Source: Candidatus Nezhaarchaeales archaeon (GTDB lineage: Archaea; Thermoproteota; Methanomethylicia; Nezhaarchaeales; WYZ-LMO8). Taken from it: 64,000 nt of DNA. The notes beneath the pieces were generated by a model. The model was not told the origin of the DNA and made no database searches. It saw only the letters and a list, made by a program, of their open reading frames with translations. Positions within the stretch are counted from its first letter, which is position 1. Every line of letters begins with the position of its first letter. The stretch lies in NCBI GenBank assembly GCA_038887515.1, contig JAWAKK010000001.1, positions 384,001 through 448,000 on the forward strand. Direction: 5' to 3'. A program made the position numbers and the translations under genes. Below are positions 9,855 to 19,681 of the stretch, piece by piece.

Positions 9855-10955
9855 TCAAACTTCAAAATGCTTCGCAAGCACTTTAACTCTTGAGGCTTTA
9901 ATTTGCACAAAAACCGTGGCTCCGGGTTTAACATTGAAATCGTCAAGATAATCCGGGTTAATCTCAGCTTTTAGGTTAACATTGCCTAAATCGACGTCAA
10001 CCTTAACAACTGATCCTTCCATATACATGCCTTTTACCCTTCCCACCAAGATGTTGCATTGGCAGCCTTTCCACTTCGGCTTGACGATCTCCCTCGTAGG
10101 CGATAAAATGATATCTTGAGGTTTTATGACAACTATAACATCTTTAACTTTTTCTGGGAAGTTTCCACAACCCTCAGCATTCAAGATAGTGTCTCCAACA
10201 TCGACAGAGACGCGTCCATCCTCGATTGAAATGACATGTCCATCAAGGACATTATAGCCTAAAAATTCTGCGATGAATTTTGAACTTGGATTTTCAAATA
10301 TAGTCTCAATAGAGCCTACCTGCTCAATCCTTCCATCACTCATTATGGCTATTTTATCACCGACTGCTCTCGCTTCCAACAGGTCGTGAGTTGTATGTAT
10401 GACTGAAGTGCCAAATTGACGGAAGACCTCCTTAAGCATACCGCAGATTTCTCTTCTAAAAACTTCTCTTGTAGGTGGGTCCAGCGCTGAGCACGGTTCA
10501 TCTAACAATAAAACGTCAGGTTTAGCTGCTAAGGCTCTCGCAATAGCCACCCTCTGTTTCTGCCCAGAACTCAGGGACTCGACACTTTTATTCATTAAAT
10601 TCTCAATTTGAAGTAGGCGTACGATCCTTTGAAGATCATTTAATCCCATGCCCTTCGATTTCTTAAATGCAAGCTGAATATTCCGCTCAACAGTCATATT
10701 CGGGAACAACACGTAATCAGCTGGTACATACCCGACTCTCCTCTTTTCTGGTGGAAGATCCGTGACGTCAATTCCGTTAATTATTATCTTTCCGGAATCG
10801 ATCTTCTGAAGACCGGCTATGCATTCAAGCAGCGTCGTCTTTCCACATCCATTGGGGCCCATTAACGTAAGAATTGTGCCGCACTGAACTTCAAAGCTAA
10901 TATCTGTTAAGAAGAAGGAGCCTCGTTGTGCATGCAAATTTAAAACAGTTATCAT
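9855..10955 (-). CDS. modC: Molybdate/tungstate ABC transporter ATPase with TOBE domains
   Basis: GPNGCGKT, LSSGQKQRVAIARAL, LLLDEP; C-terminal TOBE-like region; operon context. Confidence 0.85.
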   Translation of the reverse strand: MITVLNLHAQRGSFFLTDISFEVQCGTILTLMGPNGCGKTTLLECIAGLQKIDSGKIIINGIDVTDLPPEKRRVGYVPADYVLFPNMTVERNIQLAFKKSKGMGLNDLQRIVRLLQIENLMNKSVESLSSGQKQRVAIARALAAKPDVLLLDEPCSALDPPTREVFRREICGMLKEVFRQFGTSVIHTTHDLLEARAVGDKIAIMSDGRIEQVGSIETIFENPSSKFIAEFLGYNVLDGHVISIEDGRVSVDVGDTILNAEGCGNFPEKVKDVIVVIKPQDIILSPTREIVKPKWKGCQCNILVGRVKGMYMEGSVVKVDVDLGNVNLKAEINPDYLDDFNVKPGATVFVQIKASRVKVLAKHFEV

Positions 10956-11758
10956 ATAGCGAGCCCCCCGTACAAGAGCTTTCTAGTAGCTATTAATGCT
11001 AGGCAAGCTGTGAAGAGGAGAATAAATGACAAAGCAGCCACATTTCCTAAGTCTGCTGCAACGAGATTAAGATAGAGCGCGATGGGTAAGGTTTCAGTCT
11101 TGAATCTAGTAGCACCGGCAAGCATGAGTGTTGCGCCAAACTCTCCCAACGCTTTAGCCCAAGATATGAGGGCTGCTCCAAGAATGCATCGCTTAGCAGC
11201 TGGCAACGTTACATATAGGAAAGTCTCCAACTCCGTGTATCCAAATGTCCGAGCAACTCTTTCATAGCGAGCAGGTACTCCATCGAAAGTCTCTTTTAGG
11301 AGCTTTATTGTTAAAGCGCTTATTACAGCTAATTGGGCTACGATGATCCCCGGGACTTCGAAGACAATCCTTACAACACTTTCATTTATGAACATACCTA
11401 GAGGATTTCTCGCGAAGAAAATAAGTAGCATAACTCCTAGTGCGACTGGAGGAACTGCTATAGGTACGTCTAGGAAGCCTTCAATCACGGTTTTCCCCCG
11501 AAATTCGAGACGAGATAGAGCGTAAGCTACTGGAATGCCGATGACTAGAGAGATTAAAGTTGAACATGTAGCGGTAAAGATTGAGAGGGAGAGAGCGAAC
11601 CTTACTTCATCAGAGATAAAAGCATATGCGAGCTGCCAAGGATCAACAAAGATTGCTGGCGATGTAAAGACGCATAAGAAGAATATCAAAATGAGTATTA
11701 AGAAGGAGAACACTACGACTCTGAACACATTGGGCTTCATGCTACCCAAGCTCCTCAA
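10952..11758 (-). CDS. modB: Molybdate/tungstate ABC transporter permease
   Basis: DVPIAVPPVALG, WAKALGEFGATLMLAG. Confidence 0.87.
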   Translation of the reverse strand: MRSLGSMKPNVFRVVVFSFLILILIFFLCVFTSPAIFVDPWQLAYAFISDEVRFALSLSIFTATCSTLISLVIGIPVAYALSRLEFRGKTVIEGFLDVPIAVPPVALGVMLLIFFARNPLGMFINESVVRIVFEVPGIIVAQLAVISALTIKLLKETFDGVPARYERVARTFGYTELETFLYVTLPAAKRCILGAALISWAKALGEFGATLMLAGATRFKTETLPIALYLNLVAADLGNVAALSFILLFTACLALIATRKLLYGGLAI

Positions 11759-12605
11759 TTATTGCATTTGGAGCATAGGCTCTAGCTTCCTCTAATGTCG
11801 AGAAGTATCCATACTTTGCCCAAACGCCATGCATGTCCTGTGAAGTTAAGAAGTCTAGAAACTTCTCGGCAAGAACTTTATTTTTACTATATGTTGACAC
11901 TGCTCCAGCTATGTAGCCTATCTTCAGGATCTTATTCGGTTCGATCCACACGATGTCAGTCTTCTCGGGGCTCCAATAATGGAAAACGTGCCACCCGATT
12001 ACGGCATCCACAGTACCAATGTAGATTAGCTGAGCCGTCGCCTCGCAGCTAGCCGCGTAAACAGCAATATTCTTACTAACAGCTTCCCAAAGCCCATTTA
12101 TCTCTAAAAGCTCCTTAGCGTAAAGACCGACACAAACAGATTTAGGATCAGCTATTCCAACATGGATTCCAGGTCTTGCAAGATCCTCAATTGACGTGAT
12201 GTTCTTCGGATTTCCTTTCTGAACAATGATTGCTGGAACTAGATAAGCAAGTATTTTTGCTGGGTGCTCAGTAAGGTTAACAACATTCCTCTCATTTGCC
12301 AAAATAAGATATTCTGGCGAACCCGGAATATAGACGTCGCCTGTTCTTGCAATTTCCATAGACGACAGCAAACTCCCTGAGCCACCAAGCTTCAACTCAA
12401 CTTTAATGCCATACTTCGATTCAAAAATGCTAGCAGCTTCTCTATAAACGGGAGCGGCGGCTGCACCAGCGAATACGACGATCGATTGATCTGCTGGGTT
12501 GCTACCATAGAACGTATAAATGACTACTCCAAGTGCAACTAATATGAGACCAATCAGAGAAGATATGTTCAAAAGTCTCAAATGAGACCTGCTTGGCTTC
12601 ATCAA
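11742..12605 (-). CDS. modA: Molybdate/tungstate-binding protein
   Basis: N-terminal anchor, VFAGAA, GGSGSL, GDVYIPGS, KGNPKNI, IADPKSVCVG. Confidence 0.87.
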   Translation of the reverse strand: MMKPSRSHLRLLNISSLIGLILVALGVVIYTFYGSNPADQSIVVFAGAAAAPVYREAASIFESKYGIKVELKLGGSGSLLSSMEIARTGDVYIPGSPEYLILANERNVVNLTEHPAKILAYLVPAIIVQKGNPKNITSIEDLARPGIHVGIADPKSVCVGLYAKELLEINGLWEAVSKNIAVYAASCEATAQLIYIGTVDAVIGWHVFHYWSPEKTDIVWIEPNKILKIGYIAGAVSTYSKNKVLAEKFLDFLTSQDMHGVWAKYGYFSTLEEARAYAPNAIIEELG

Positions 12606-12675
12606 TTATCGTCCTTTTATTGCTGGGAAGAGATGGTTATATCTTCAACCTTATAAGACCTACTGAAAACTAGTT

Positions 12676-12693
12676 TTAACTTTCTATAGTTAA
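12676..12693. promoter_or_regulatory. Palindromic site TTAACT-N6-AGTTAA upstream of the modA TATA box
   Basis: TTAACTTTCTATAGTTAA, offset 25 nt from TTATAA (12651); same motif and offset at 45667. Confidence 0.65.
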
Positions 12694-12802
12694 CAATTTA
12701 ATTTAAATTCATAGTAATGGCGTAGAGCTTATGGTTTCTGGAGTAATGTTTATAAGCAAATTCATATCATTAGTGTTACGAACTGATAGTTAAGGTGTTA
12801 CC

Positions 12803-13456
12803 ATGCATATACCAGATGGTTTTCTAGATTTTACCACAGCTACCTTAACATATCTCGTAACCATCGGCTATGGCTATGTAGCTTGGAGGAGGTTCAAGGT
12901 CTCCTTTGCTCCTGAAAGAGTATCGCTTCTAGTTATCCTCTCAGTAGCAATATTTGTGGCTCAAATGTTGAATTGGCCTTTACCTGGAGGTACTAGCCTG
13001 CACTTTGTTGGTGGAGCATTAGCTGGAATGCTGCTTGGCCCTTTACTTGGCTTCATATCGTTAGCGCTAGTTGTTGGCGTTCAATGCATCATCTTCCATG
13101 ACGGTGGAGTAACTACGCTTGGAGCCAACCTCTTAAACATGGCGATAATCGCGGTACTAGTGGGTTACGCAACATTCAAGATTACCATCAAGCTCATAGG
13201 AAATAAGCGAAGCTCAAGAGCTATAGGTGCATTTATAGGTGGATGGCTGAGTATCGTGCTAGCTGGTCTTGCGTGTGGTCTTGAGATAGGTTTGTCGCCG
13301 GCATTTGGCTTTTACATTGACGTCACAGTCCCAGTAATGGTTGGGTGGCATGCGATATTAGGTGTAGTAGAGGGTGTGATAACTTCCCTCGTGGTTGACT
13401 TTATCTACACGAGATTACCTATGGCGACCTATAAGGGTGAGGGGGTAAAAGCATGA
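12803..13456 (+). CDS. cbiM: ECF Ni/Co transporter S component CbiM/NikM
   Basis: N-terminal MHIPDGFL, GTSLHFVGG, DGGVTTLGANLLNM. Confidence 0.9.
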   Translation: MHIPDGFLDFTTATLTYLVTIGYGYVAWRRFKVSFAPERVSLLVILSVAIFVAQMLNWPLPGGTSLHFVGGALAGMLLGPLLGFISLALVVGVQCIIFHDGGVTTLGANLLNMAIIAVLVGYATFKITIKLIGNKRSSRAIGAFIGGWLSIVLAGLACGLEIGLSPAFGFYIDVTVPVMVGWHAILGVVEGVITSLVVDFIYTRLPMATYKGEGVKA

Positions 13457-13764
13457 GCAACCTCATCAAGAGCAAGAAGGCTTGGACAACAATAATAGTA
13501 CTACTAATTCTAAGCCCAATATTTGGTGTAGTACTAGCTGATATCGTCGGCTATCATGAGCCTCTCGATCTAGCAGCTGAAGCTATAGGTCTTCGTGATG
13601 TGAGCGAGGAAATAACTTGGACTCCATTCTTCGACTACAACGTTCCTGGCTTGCCAGCTGAGATCGGCTACATCATTAGTGGAGCTATAGGGGTCATTGC
13701 TATCACGATGATAGGTTATGGAATCTTAAAATTGGCTGAGAAGAGAGTGAGGAGAAAGGTGTAA
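13453..13764 (+). CDS. PDGLE/NikN-like ECF auxiliary membrane subunit
   Basis: Two TM helices flanking EPLDLAAE...PFFDYNVPGL; lies between cbiM and cbiQ. Confidence 0.75.
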   Translation: MSNLIKSKKAWTTIIVLLILSPIFGVVLADIVGYHEPLDLAAEAIGLRDVSEEITWTPFFDYNVPGLPAEIGYIISGAIGVIAITMIGYGILKLAEKRVRRKV

Positions 13765-13767
13765 TCT

Positions 13768-14559
13768 TTGTCTAAGAGCCTCTTATCATCGTTTTTAAAC
13801 GGCATAGCCGATGTGTTGGAGGTCTTCTCGTTTGAGAGGAAAGAAGATGTAAAGCTCTTTGACGACAGATCTATTTCTATTTCACTCTTAACGCTAGCTA
13901 TCGCTGTCTCTTTCTCTAAGACCGTATATTCACCTCTAATAGTGCTCTTACTAATAGCCATACTAGCAAGGCTATTCAAAGTAGATGTTAGATACACGCT
14001 GAAAGTAGCAAGCGTAGTGGCTATCTTTGTTATGGGAGTAACGCTCCCAATGGCTTTGTACCAAGCATACATCAGCTACGATGTTAAAGGAGGCTTACTC
14101 GCAAGCTTAATGCCAATAGCGAGCAGCGTCACCATCCCACTAATATTAAGAGCTGTTGCAGCAGCTACTGCCGTAACGCTTATGGTTCAATGCTTGGGGT
14201 TAACAAGATTAATGAAGGTGCTTAGAAGTCTAAGGTTTCCTCCAAAGCTCCTCTTCGTATTAACGTTATACATTAGGTACATACCCATAATGCTAAGACG
14301 GTTAGTAAGATTATTTTCAGCTCGTGAAGCGCGTTTACTGAGCAAAAGTAAATCGAAGAATTCTTGGTTTATGCTGTCAACGGTAGCAGGGAGCTTACTC
14401 ATAATTGGGTTTGAAAAAGCTCTTAGATTACAAATGGCTCTTAAAGCCAGGGGACTCCACTATGATTTGATCCCAACATATTCAGGAAAAATTAGCTTAC
14501 AGGATTCAATATTCATGGCATTAATGCTTGGATTAGCTTTCATGTTGGTGTTGATGTGA
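13768..14559 (+). CDS. cbiQ: ECF transmembrane component CbiQ
   Basis: RYIPIM...AREAR...ALKARG motifs. Confidence 0.85.
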   Translation: MSKSLLSSFLNGIADVLEVFSFERKEDVKLFDDRSISISLLTLAIAVSFSKTVYSPLIVLLLIAILARLFKVDVRYTLKVASVVAIFVMGVTLPMALYQAYISYDVKGGLLASLMPIASSVTIPLILRAVAAATAVTLMVQCLGLTRLMKVLRSLRFPPKLLFVLTLYIRYIPIMLRRLVRLFSAREARLLSKSKSKNSWFMLSTVAGSLLIIGFEKALRLQMALKARGLHYDLIPTYSGKISLQDSIFMALMLGLAFMLVLM

Positions 14560-14560
14560 A

Positions 14561-15493
14561 ATGAGTGAAAATGAGCCCCTAAAGCCACTAATAGAGCTTG
14601 AGAATGTGTCATACACATATCCTGATGGAACTTGCGCACTTAAGAAGATTAGCGTTAAAATACCAGAGAAGAGCATTATTGCGATAACAGGGGCTAATGG
14701 ATCCGGTAAGAGCACCTTGCTTCTGATAATGGCCGGCTTATTAGATCCTCAAGAGGGCTGCGTTAGGTTTAGAGGCATAGACATGAAGAAGCTTGGACAC
14801 AAAGTAAGGCGCGAAATAGGAGTAGTCTTTCAAGACCCCGATGATCAGCTCTTCGCACCAACAGTCTACGACGACATAGCCTTTGGCTTAAGGCTTCTGA
14901 AGTTAAGTGAGAAAGAAGTTAGAGCGCGCGTCTATGAGATAGCGCGCGAGCTGGGCATCGAGAACTTGCTGAATAGACCTCCACATAGGCTTAGTGGTGG
15001 CGAGAAGCGTAGAGTAGCTCTCGCCACAACTCTGATCTTAAATCCATCAGTACTACTCCTAGACGAACCCTTCTCAGACTTAACTCCTTACGCAGTCGAG
15101 TACTTAATGGACTTTATCATGAAGCTTAGAGGCTCTGGGAGGACCATAGTGTTCACGAGTCACGATATAGACATCGTCGCTGAGTTATCCGATTACGTCT
15201 ACGTCTTAGCCAAAGGTCAGTTAATAGCTCAAGGAAAGCCTAACGAGGTTCTGTGCAACGATGAGCTGTTGAGCAAAGCCGAGATGAGACCTCCAACAGT
15301 GACGATCATATATAGAGAGCTTATGGGCTATAGTGATAGATGTCCCATTAAGATGTCAGAACTTTTATCAATACTAAGAAGTAGAATCGTAGCCCCTCAT
15401 TCGCATGATGGTGTGGCATGCAATAAGTTTGCCTTAAGTGAGGAGAAAATCAGCTATCTAACAAAATCACCACAATATGATGGGAGTTTCTGA
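14561..15493 (+). CDS. cbiO: ECF ATPase CbiO
   Basis: GANGSGKS, VFQDPDDQLFAPTVYDDIAFG, LSGGEKRR. Confidence 0.9.
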   Translation: MSENEPLKPLIELENVSYTYPDGTCALKKISVKIPEKSIIAITGANGSGKSTLLLIMAGLLDPQEGCVRFRGIDMKKLGHKVRREIGVVFQDPDDQLFAPTVYDDIAFGLRLLKLSEKEVRARVYEIARELGIENLLNRPPHRLSGGEKRRVALATTLILNPSVLLLDEPFSDLTPYAVEYLMDFIMKLRGSGRTIVFTSHDIDIVAELSDYVYVLAKGQLIAQGKPNEVLCNDELLSKAEMRPPTVTIIYRELMGYSDRCPIKMSELLSILRSRIVAPHSHDGVACNKFALSEEKISYLTKSPQYDGSF

Positions 15494-15646
15494 CGGCGAT
15501 GACGATCACCATGGCATAATGACATCAACATGCGATGAGAGGGCTGTAGATTATTAATGTCATAACCTAAATGATGAGATTCATCTCGTATTATCGTCAC
15601 GTGACTAAAGTCAACAGCTATGATAGGATAGGAGAAAGGCTACGGA

Positions 15647-15661
15647 TGGATTATTCATCCA
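15647..15661. promoter_or_regulatory. Palindrome TGGAT-N5-ATCCA (copy 1)
   Basis: TGGATTATTCATCCA just upstream of the TTTATAA box of the apgM-like fragment. Confidence 0.55.
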
Positions 15662-15718
15662 AAGTCTTTATAACTCTGAATTTAAGAGACAGCGAGGGGT
15701 GTCGGTGGTTTTTAGGAG

Positions 15719-16008
15719 ATGAAGGCTATCATTATAATCGGTGATGGAATGGCTGATCGACCGTTAGAGGAGCTCAACTTCATGACTCCATTGGAAGCTA
15801 CTAGAGTAAACAACATGAACTGGCTTGCCTCAAATGGCATTTCAGGGCTTCTCTGTTCAACAGTTCCTGAAAGTGATGTAGCGAACTTAGCCGTCTTCGG
15901 CTATGATCCCTCTAGCGTTTACACTGGTAGAGGGGGGTTCGAAGCTGTTGGAGCTGGAGTCCAACTTTTGGATGAAGATTTAGCTTTTAGATGCGACTTC
16001 GCCACTAT
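15719..16008 (+). pseudogene. Cofactor-independent phosphoglycerate mutase-like (ApgM/AP superfamily) 5' fragment
   Basis: IIIGDGMADRP...TPLEA...SDVANLAVFGYDP...YTGRGGFEA...AFRCDFAT, then homology ends. Confidence 0.85.
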
Positions 16009-16320
16009 TCTTACAGCTCTATCAAGGAGCTCTACGAGGTTGTAGAACGTGTCCCTAAATATCCCGCATATCGTGACCACTACATCTATTCTAGGTCTAC
16101 CGAGCTCTGAGAGAGGTATTACTTCGAGGTCCCTAATGTACAGGCCTCTCCAAACAGGTTTTACACCTAGAAGGTGGAATATTGCTGCTAGCGTCTCTCC
16201 ACCGGTCTTCATGGTCTCAAAGGCCCATAAAACAACGCCAACGGCCTTCGGGTACCTCCCATTCTTCTGGTAGAACCTCTTAAGATATTCTTCAGCTATC
16301 TTCTTACCTCTCTCCTCCTT
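15998..16320 (-). pseudogene. cobN: Cobaltochelatase CobN-like internal fragment
   Basis: ERGKKIAEEYL...GRYPKAVGVVLWAFETMKTGGE...LGRPRIDVVVTICGIFRDTF; only ~105 aa. Confidence 0.85.
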
Positions 16321-16418
16321 CTTGCAATCTTCACTACGCCTACTATCAAAAATGGTATCGCAATGGCGAACCAAACTGCTACCCATAATGGAGAAAGAAA
16401 ACCATCCATTATATGCAT
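16296..16418 (-). pseudogene. cbiM: Second CbiM, 5' fragment only
   Basis: MHIMDGFLSPLWVAVWFAIAIPFLIVGVVKIARR, then out of frame into cobN sequence and a stop. Confidence 0.8.
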
Positions 16419-16429
16419 AGGAATCACTA

Positions 16430-16448
16430 GCTGGATAGATTATCCAGC
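16430..16448. promoter_or_regulatory. Palindrome TGGAT-N5-ATCCA (copy 2)
   Basis: GCTGGATA-GAT-TATCCAGC perfect 8-bp inverted repeat between the TATA-like element and ATG of the cbiM fragment. Confidence 0.65.
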
Positions 16449-16644
16449 CAACTCATATAAAACTTACCATCAACGTAATTACTGTTGGGAAGAGATGTCT
16501 TAAAGCAAGATGTTGGCTTCTCTGTTTATGAAGTCGTGACCGCACTTAGCCTATATTAAGGTTAGATGGTCAACTTACTTAGCCATTTAAGGACGAGGTC
16601 TAGAGTGAAGTTTAAATTGTTGGTTAGCTTCACCTATCCTTAAG

Positions 16645-16663
16645 GCTGGATGGGTTATCCAAC
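16645..16663. promoter_or_regulatory. Palindrome TGGAT-N5-ATCCA (copy 3)
   Basis: GCTGGATGGGTTATCCAAC ~30 nt downstream of TTTAAA (16611), ahead of cbiC. Confidence 0.6.
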
Positions 16664-17333
16664 CATGGATCAACATCACGATCCTGATGACATTCAAGCT
16701 TCGAGGGCACTTCTATCCATGAGCATCAATAAGGTTAGAGAGCTTATTGGAGATTACTTAAGAAGTTTGCCAGCAAGCCATGCGAGAATCGTTGAGCGAG
16801 TCGTGCATGCTACTGCGGATCCAGAGTTTGCTAAACTAGTAGTTATAAGTAATGGAGCTGTCGAAAGTGGGATCAAAGCCATAAGGGCTGGCGCAAAGGT
16901 CGTGACCGACGTTAAGATGGTTAAAGCCGGGTTGAGAGAAGTAGGGCTTAGAAGGTTTGGAGGAAGAGTTGAGTGCTACGTGGATGATGAAAGAGCCATT
17001 AAGGTAGCTCGAGAAGAAGGAATAACTAGAACTGCAGCGGCAATGCGAGTCGCCGTCGAGATGGGGTTAAACGGAGCGATAGTCCTGATCGGGATATCTC
17101 CCAGTGCAACACTTGAGCTGGTTTCAGCTATTAAGAGAGGAGAAGCAAAGCCAGCTCTGATAGTTGCAACACCAGTTGGTTTCATAGGGGCTAGAGAGTC
17201 TAAAGAGGAGGTCATGAAGCTACCAATCCCCTACATAGTCGTAACAGGTTCAAAGGGTGGTAGCCCCGTAGCTGTAGCAATATTCAATGCGCTATTAACG
17301 TTAGCAGAAGAGGGTATGGAGGGCTTCACTTGA
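16650..17333 (+). CDS. cbiC: Cobalt-precorrin-8 methylmutase
   Basis: RVVHATADPEF, VTDVKMV, TRTAAAM, PVGFIGARESK, KGGSPVAVA; true start may be ATG 16665 or 16719. Confidence 0.92.
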   Translation: MGYPTMDQHHDPDDIQASRALLSMSINKVRELIGDYLRSLPASHARIVERVVHATADPEFAKLVVISNGAVESGIKAIRAGAKVVTDVKMVKAGLREVGLRRFGGRVECYVDDERAIKVAREEGITRTAAAMRVAVEMGLNGAIVLIGISPSATLELVSAIKRGEAKPALIVATPVGFIGARESKEEVMKLPIPYIVVTGSKGGSPVAVAIFNALLTLAEEGMEGFT

Positions 17334-18418
17334 AGTTTCTAAAGTACGGGATTTCGACAGGTGCATGTGCAGCTGCTGCAGCTAAAGCTGCTGCTCTAGC
17401 CTTGATGGGGGTCAAGACTGATAAAGTCAGCATTCCAACACCTATTGGACTACGACTTGAAGTACCTGTTGAAGGGTGTCGAAGAATCGACGATGAGAGG
17501 GCAGTGGCTTGGGTGGTAAAGGATCCTGGAGATGACGTTGACGTAACTAGGGGGCTTAAAATACATGCTACTGTTAGGCTTACTAGAGATGGAGAGATCG
17601 TCATAAAAGGTGGAGAAGGCATCGGAGTAGTCACCAAGCCTGGATTACCAGTCCCCGTAGGAGAGGCGGCTATAAACCCCGTGCCCAGAATGATGATCAA
17701 ACAAGCTCTTCAAGAAGTACTGCCTCCAGGCATTGGCGCCGAGGTCTTGATAGAGGTCCCCGGCGGTGATGAGGTAGCAAAGAGGACCCTCAACCCAAAG
17801 CTTGGCATCATTGGAGGAATATCGATTCTAGGCACCACCGGAATCGTGAAACCACACTCTACTTCAGCATATAAGCGTTCGCTCTCAGTTCAAGTAGACG
17901 TAGCTTTGGCTAATGGGCATGATAGAATAGTCATAGTTCCTGGGAACGTTGGTGCGAGGGTTGCCAGACAGCTCCTCAAAATCCCAGATGAGGCTATAGT
18001 GCAAGCAGGCGACTTCATCGGCTACATGCTTCGTAAAGCAGTAGAGAAGGGGGTGAAAGAAATCCTGCTAGTTGGACATGCAGGTAAGCTTGTGAAGATC
18101 GCAGCAGGCATCTTCAATACTCATCATAAAGTTGCTGATGCTAGAATGGAGGTCATTGCAGCATATGCTGCTGCAGCAGGAGCTGATAATCATCTAGTTA
18201 AGAGAATCTTAGAAGCTAACACAACGGAGGAGGCTATTAAGCTCCTTCAACTTCATGGAATCCTTAAGCAAACCTTCAACATGATTGCTGATAGAGCCAG
18301 GTCTAGGTGCATTGACCTAATCGATGGAAGGGCAAACGTAGGCATCATAATAGTGTCGCTTGAAGGTGAGGTTTTAGGAGTTAGTGGCGTTGATAGGTGG
18401 TTGTCAGCACATGGCTAA
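17330..18418 (+). CDS. cbiD: Cobalt-precorrin-5B C1-methyltransferase
   Basis: GISTGACAAAAAKAA, KDPGDDVDVT, NPKLGIIGGISILGTTGIV. Confidence 0.93.
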   Translation: MKFLKYGISTGACAAAAAKAAALALMGVKTDKVSIPTPIGLRLEVPVEGCRRIDDERAVAWVVKDPGDDVDVTRGLKIHATVRLTRDGEIVIKGGEGIGVVTKPGLPVPVGEAAINPVPRMMIKQALQEVLPPGIGAEVLIEVPGGDEVAKRTLNPKLGIIGGISILGTTGIVKPHSTSAYKRSLSVQVDVALANGHDRIVIVPGNVGARVARQLLKIPDEAIVQAGDFIGYMLRKAVEKGVKEILLVGHAGKLVKIAAGIFNTHHKVADARMEVIAAYAAAAGADNHLVKRILEANTTEEAIKLLQLHGILKQTFNMIADRARSRCIDLIDGRANVGIIIVSLEGEVLGVSGVDRWLSAHG

Positions 18419-19091
18419 GATCTACATTGTCGGCGCTGGTCCAGGAGATCCTGACTACGTGACTCCAATTGCCAGGAAGATGGTTAGGCAGGCGGAGTTG
18501 GTAATAGGCTCAGAGAGAGCAGTTAAGCTCTTCAATAACGACGTAAGAGGAGAGGTCATCATTCTCGATTCGAGGAATTTTAGGGAGGTAATGGTTTACG
18601 CTGTAGAACGAGCAAGAAGTGGAGCAAACGTAGTAATGGTATCCACAGGAGATCCTGGCTTCGCTGGTCTACTTGGAACATTCATAAAGAGTTTTGGAAC
18701 AAAATTGGACGTGGAGGTTGACGTCATCCCTGGAGTAAGCGTCATTCAAGTATGCGCTGCTAAACTCAAGATCTGTTGGGATGATGCTGTCCTAATTAGT
18801 CTTCATGAGGGCGCAACCGAAGAAAAGAGGAGGAGACTGGCTGGAGCTGTTAAGTCGGGTAAGACGGTAATCCTCTTGCCAAACACTAGGTCTTTCACTG
18901 TCAGGGATGTCGTGAAGTACCTCTTGAGCGAGGGAGTAGACGAGGAGACAATCGCGTACGTGTGCGAGGACTTAACTCTTAGTAGTGAGAGGATCGTTAA
19001 AGCCACTTTAAGAGAATTAATGTCCTACGAGGGTAGCTCTCTATGCGTTATGGTGATCACTCCAAGGAGGGGTAATTGTGTGGAGCTATAA
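18411..19091 (+). CDS. cbiE: Cobalt-precorrin-7 C5-methyltransferase
   Basis: IYIVGAGPGDPDYVT, STGDPGFAG, IPGVS, ISLH; ATG 18411 preferred as start. Confidence 0.88.
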   Translation: MAKIYIVGAGPGDPDYVTPIARKMVRQAELVIGSERAVKLFNNDVRGEVIILDSRNFREVMVYAVERARSGANVVMVSTGDPGFAGLLGTFIKSFGTKLDVEVDVIPGVSVIQVCAAKLKICWDDAVLISLHEGATEEKRRRLAGAVKSGKTVILLPNTRSFTVRDVVKYLLSEGVDEETIAYVCEDLTLSSERIVKATLRELMSYEGSSLCVMVITPRRGNCVEL

Positions 19092-19671
19092 AACACCTGG
19101 AATACCGGATGAGCTCTTCATAACTAGCGATAAGGTTCCTGGACCAACCAAAGAAGAGGTAAGAGTTGTGACCATATCGAAGGCAAGGCTTAAGGAGGGA
19201 TGTCGCGTTGCTGATGTTGGTTGTGGTGTTGGAAGCATAACTGTCGAAGCTGCATTAATTGTTGGCTCTACGGGGAAAGTATACGCTATTGATAAAGATG
19301 AAGAGGCTATTAGAATCACGAAGCTGAACGTGGCTAAATTTGGCGTTCAAGATCGCGTTCAGGTAATACTTGGGAAAGCTTCTAAGGTTCTTGAGCTAAT
19401 CCCGGAGGTCGATAGCATAATAATAGGAGGTGGAAGGCCCTTATCCAAGGTCCTTGAAGCTGCTGTTAAGAGACTGAAGTTTGGTGGACGCATCGTAATC
19501 AATGCGGTCACTGTTGAAACGGCGAGTAGAGCTATCAAGATGCTCAAGAAGATGAAGTTCGGTGAGCTGGAAGTAGTTAACGTATCTATCGCTAAAGGCA
19601 AGCTTACCAACGCGGGAACTATCATGCTGGCTAGGAACCCTGTTTTCGTAATATCTGCGTCAAAATCTTGA
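19078..19671 (+). CDS. cbiT: Cobalt-precorrin-6B C15-methyltransferase (decarboxylating)
   Basis: GIPDELF, PTKEEVR, DVGCGVGSITVE, MLARNPVFVI. Confidence 0.92.
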   Translation: MWSYKTPGIPDELFITSDKVPGPTKEEVRVVTISKARLKEGCRVADVGCGVGSITVEAALIVGSTGKVYAIDKDEEAIRITKLNVAKFGVQDRVQVILGKASKVLELIPEVDSIIIGGGRPLSKVLEAAVKRLKFGGRIVINAVTVETASRAIKMLKKMKFGELEVVNVSIAKGKLTNAGTIMLARNPVFVISASKS

Positions 19672-19681
19672 GGGAGCTATA

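Noticed and set aside
12743-12773. NikR-like GTAATG-N19-CATTAG over the cbiM TATA box
   Set aside because: Imperfect, single copy and spacing unverified; too weak to call
15919-16386. 155-aa CobN-like ORF as an intact gene
   Set aside because: Chimeric: start derives from out-of-frame cbiM sequence and end from antisense apgM-like sequence
16450-16645. Cobalamin riboswitch
   Set aside because: No B12-box or extended structure recognised; DNA palindromes explain the region better
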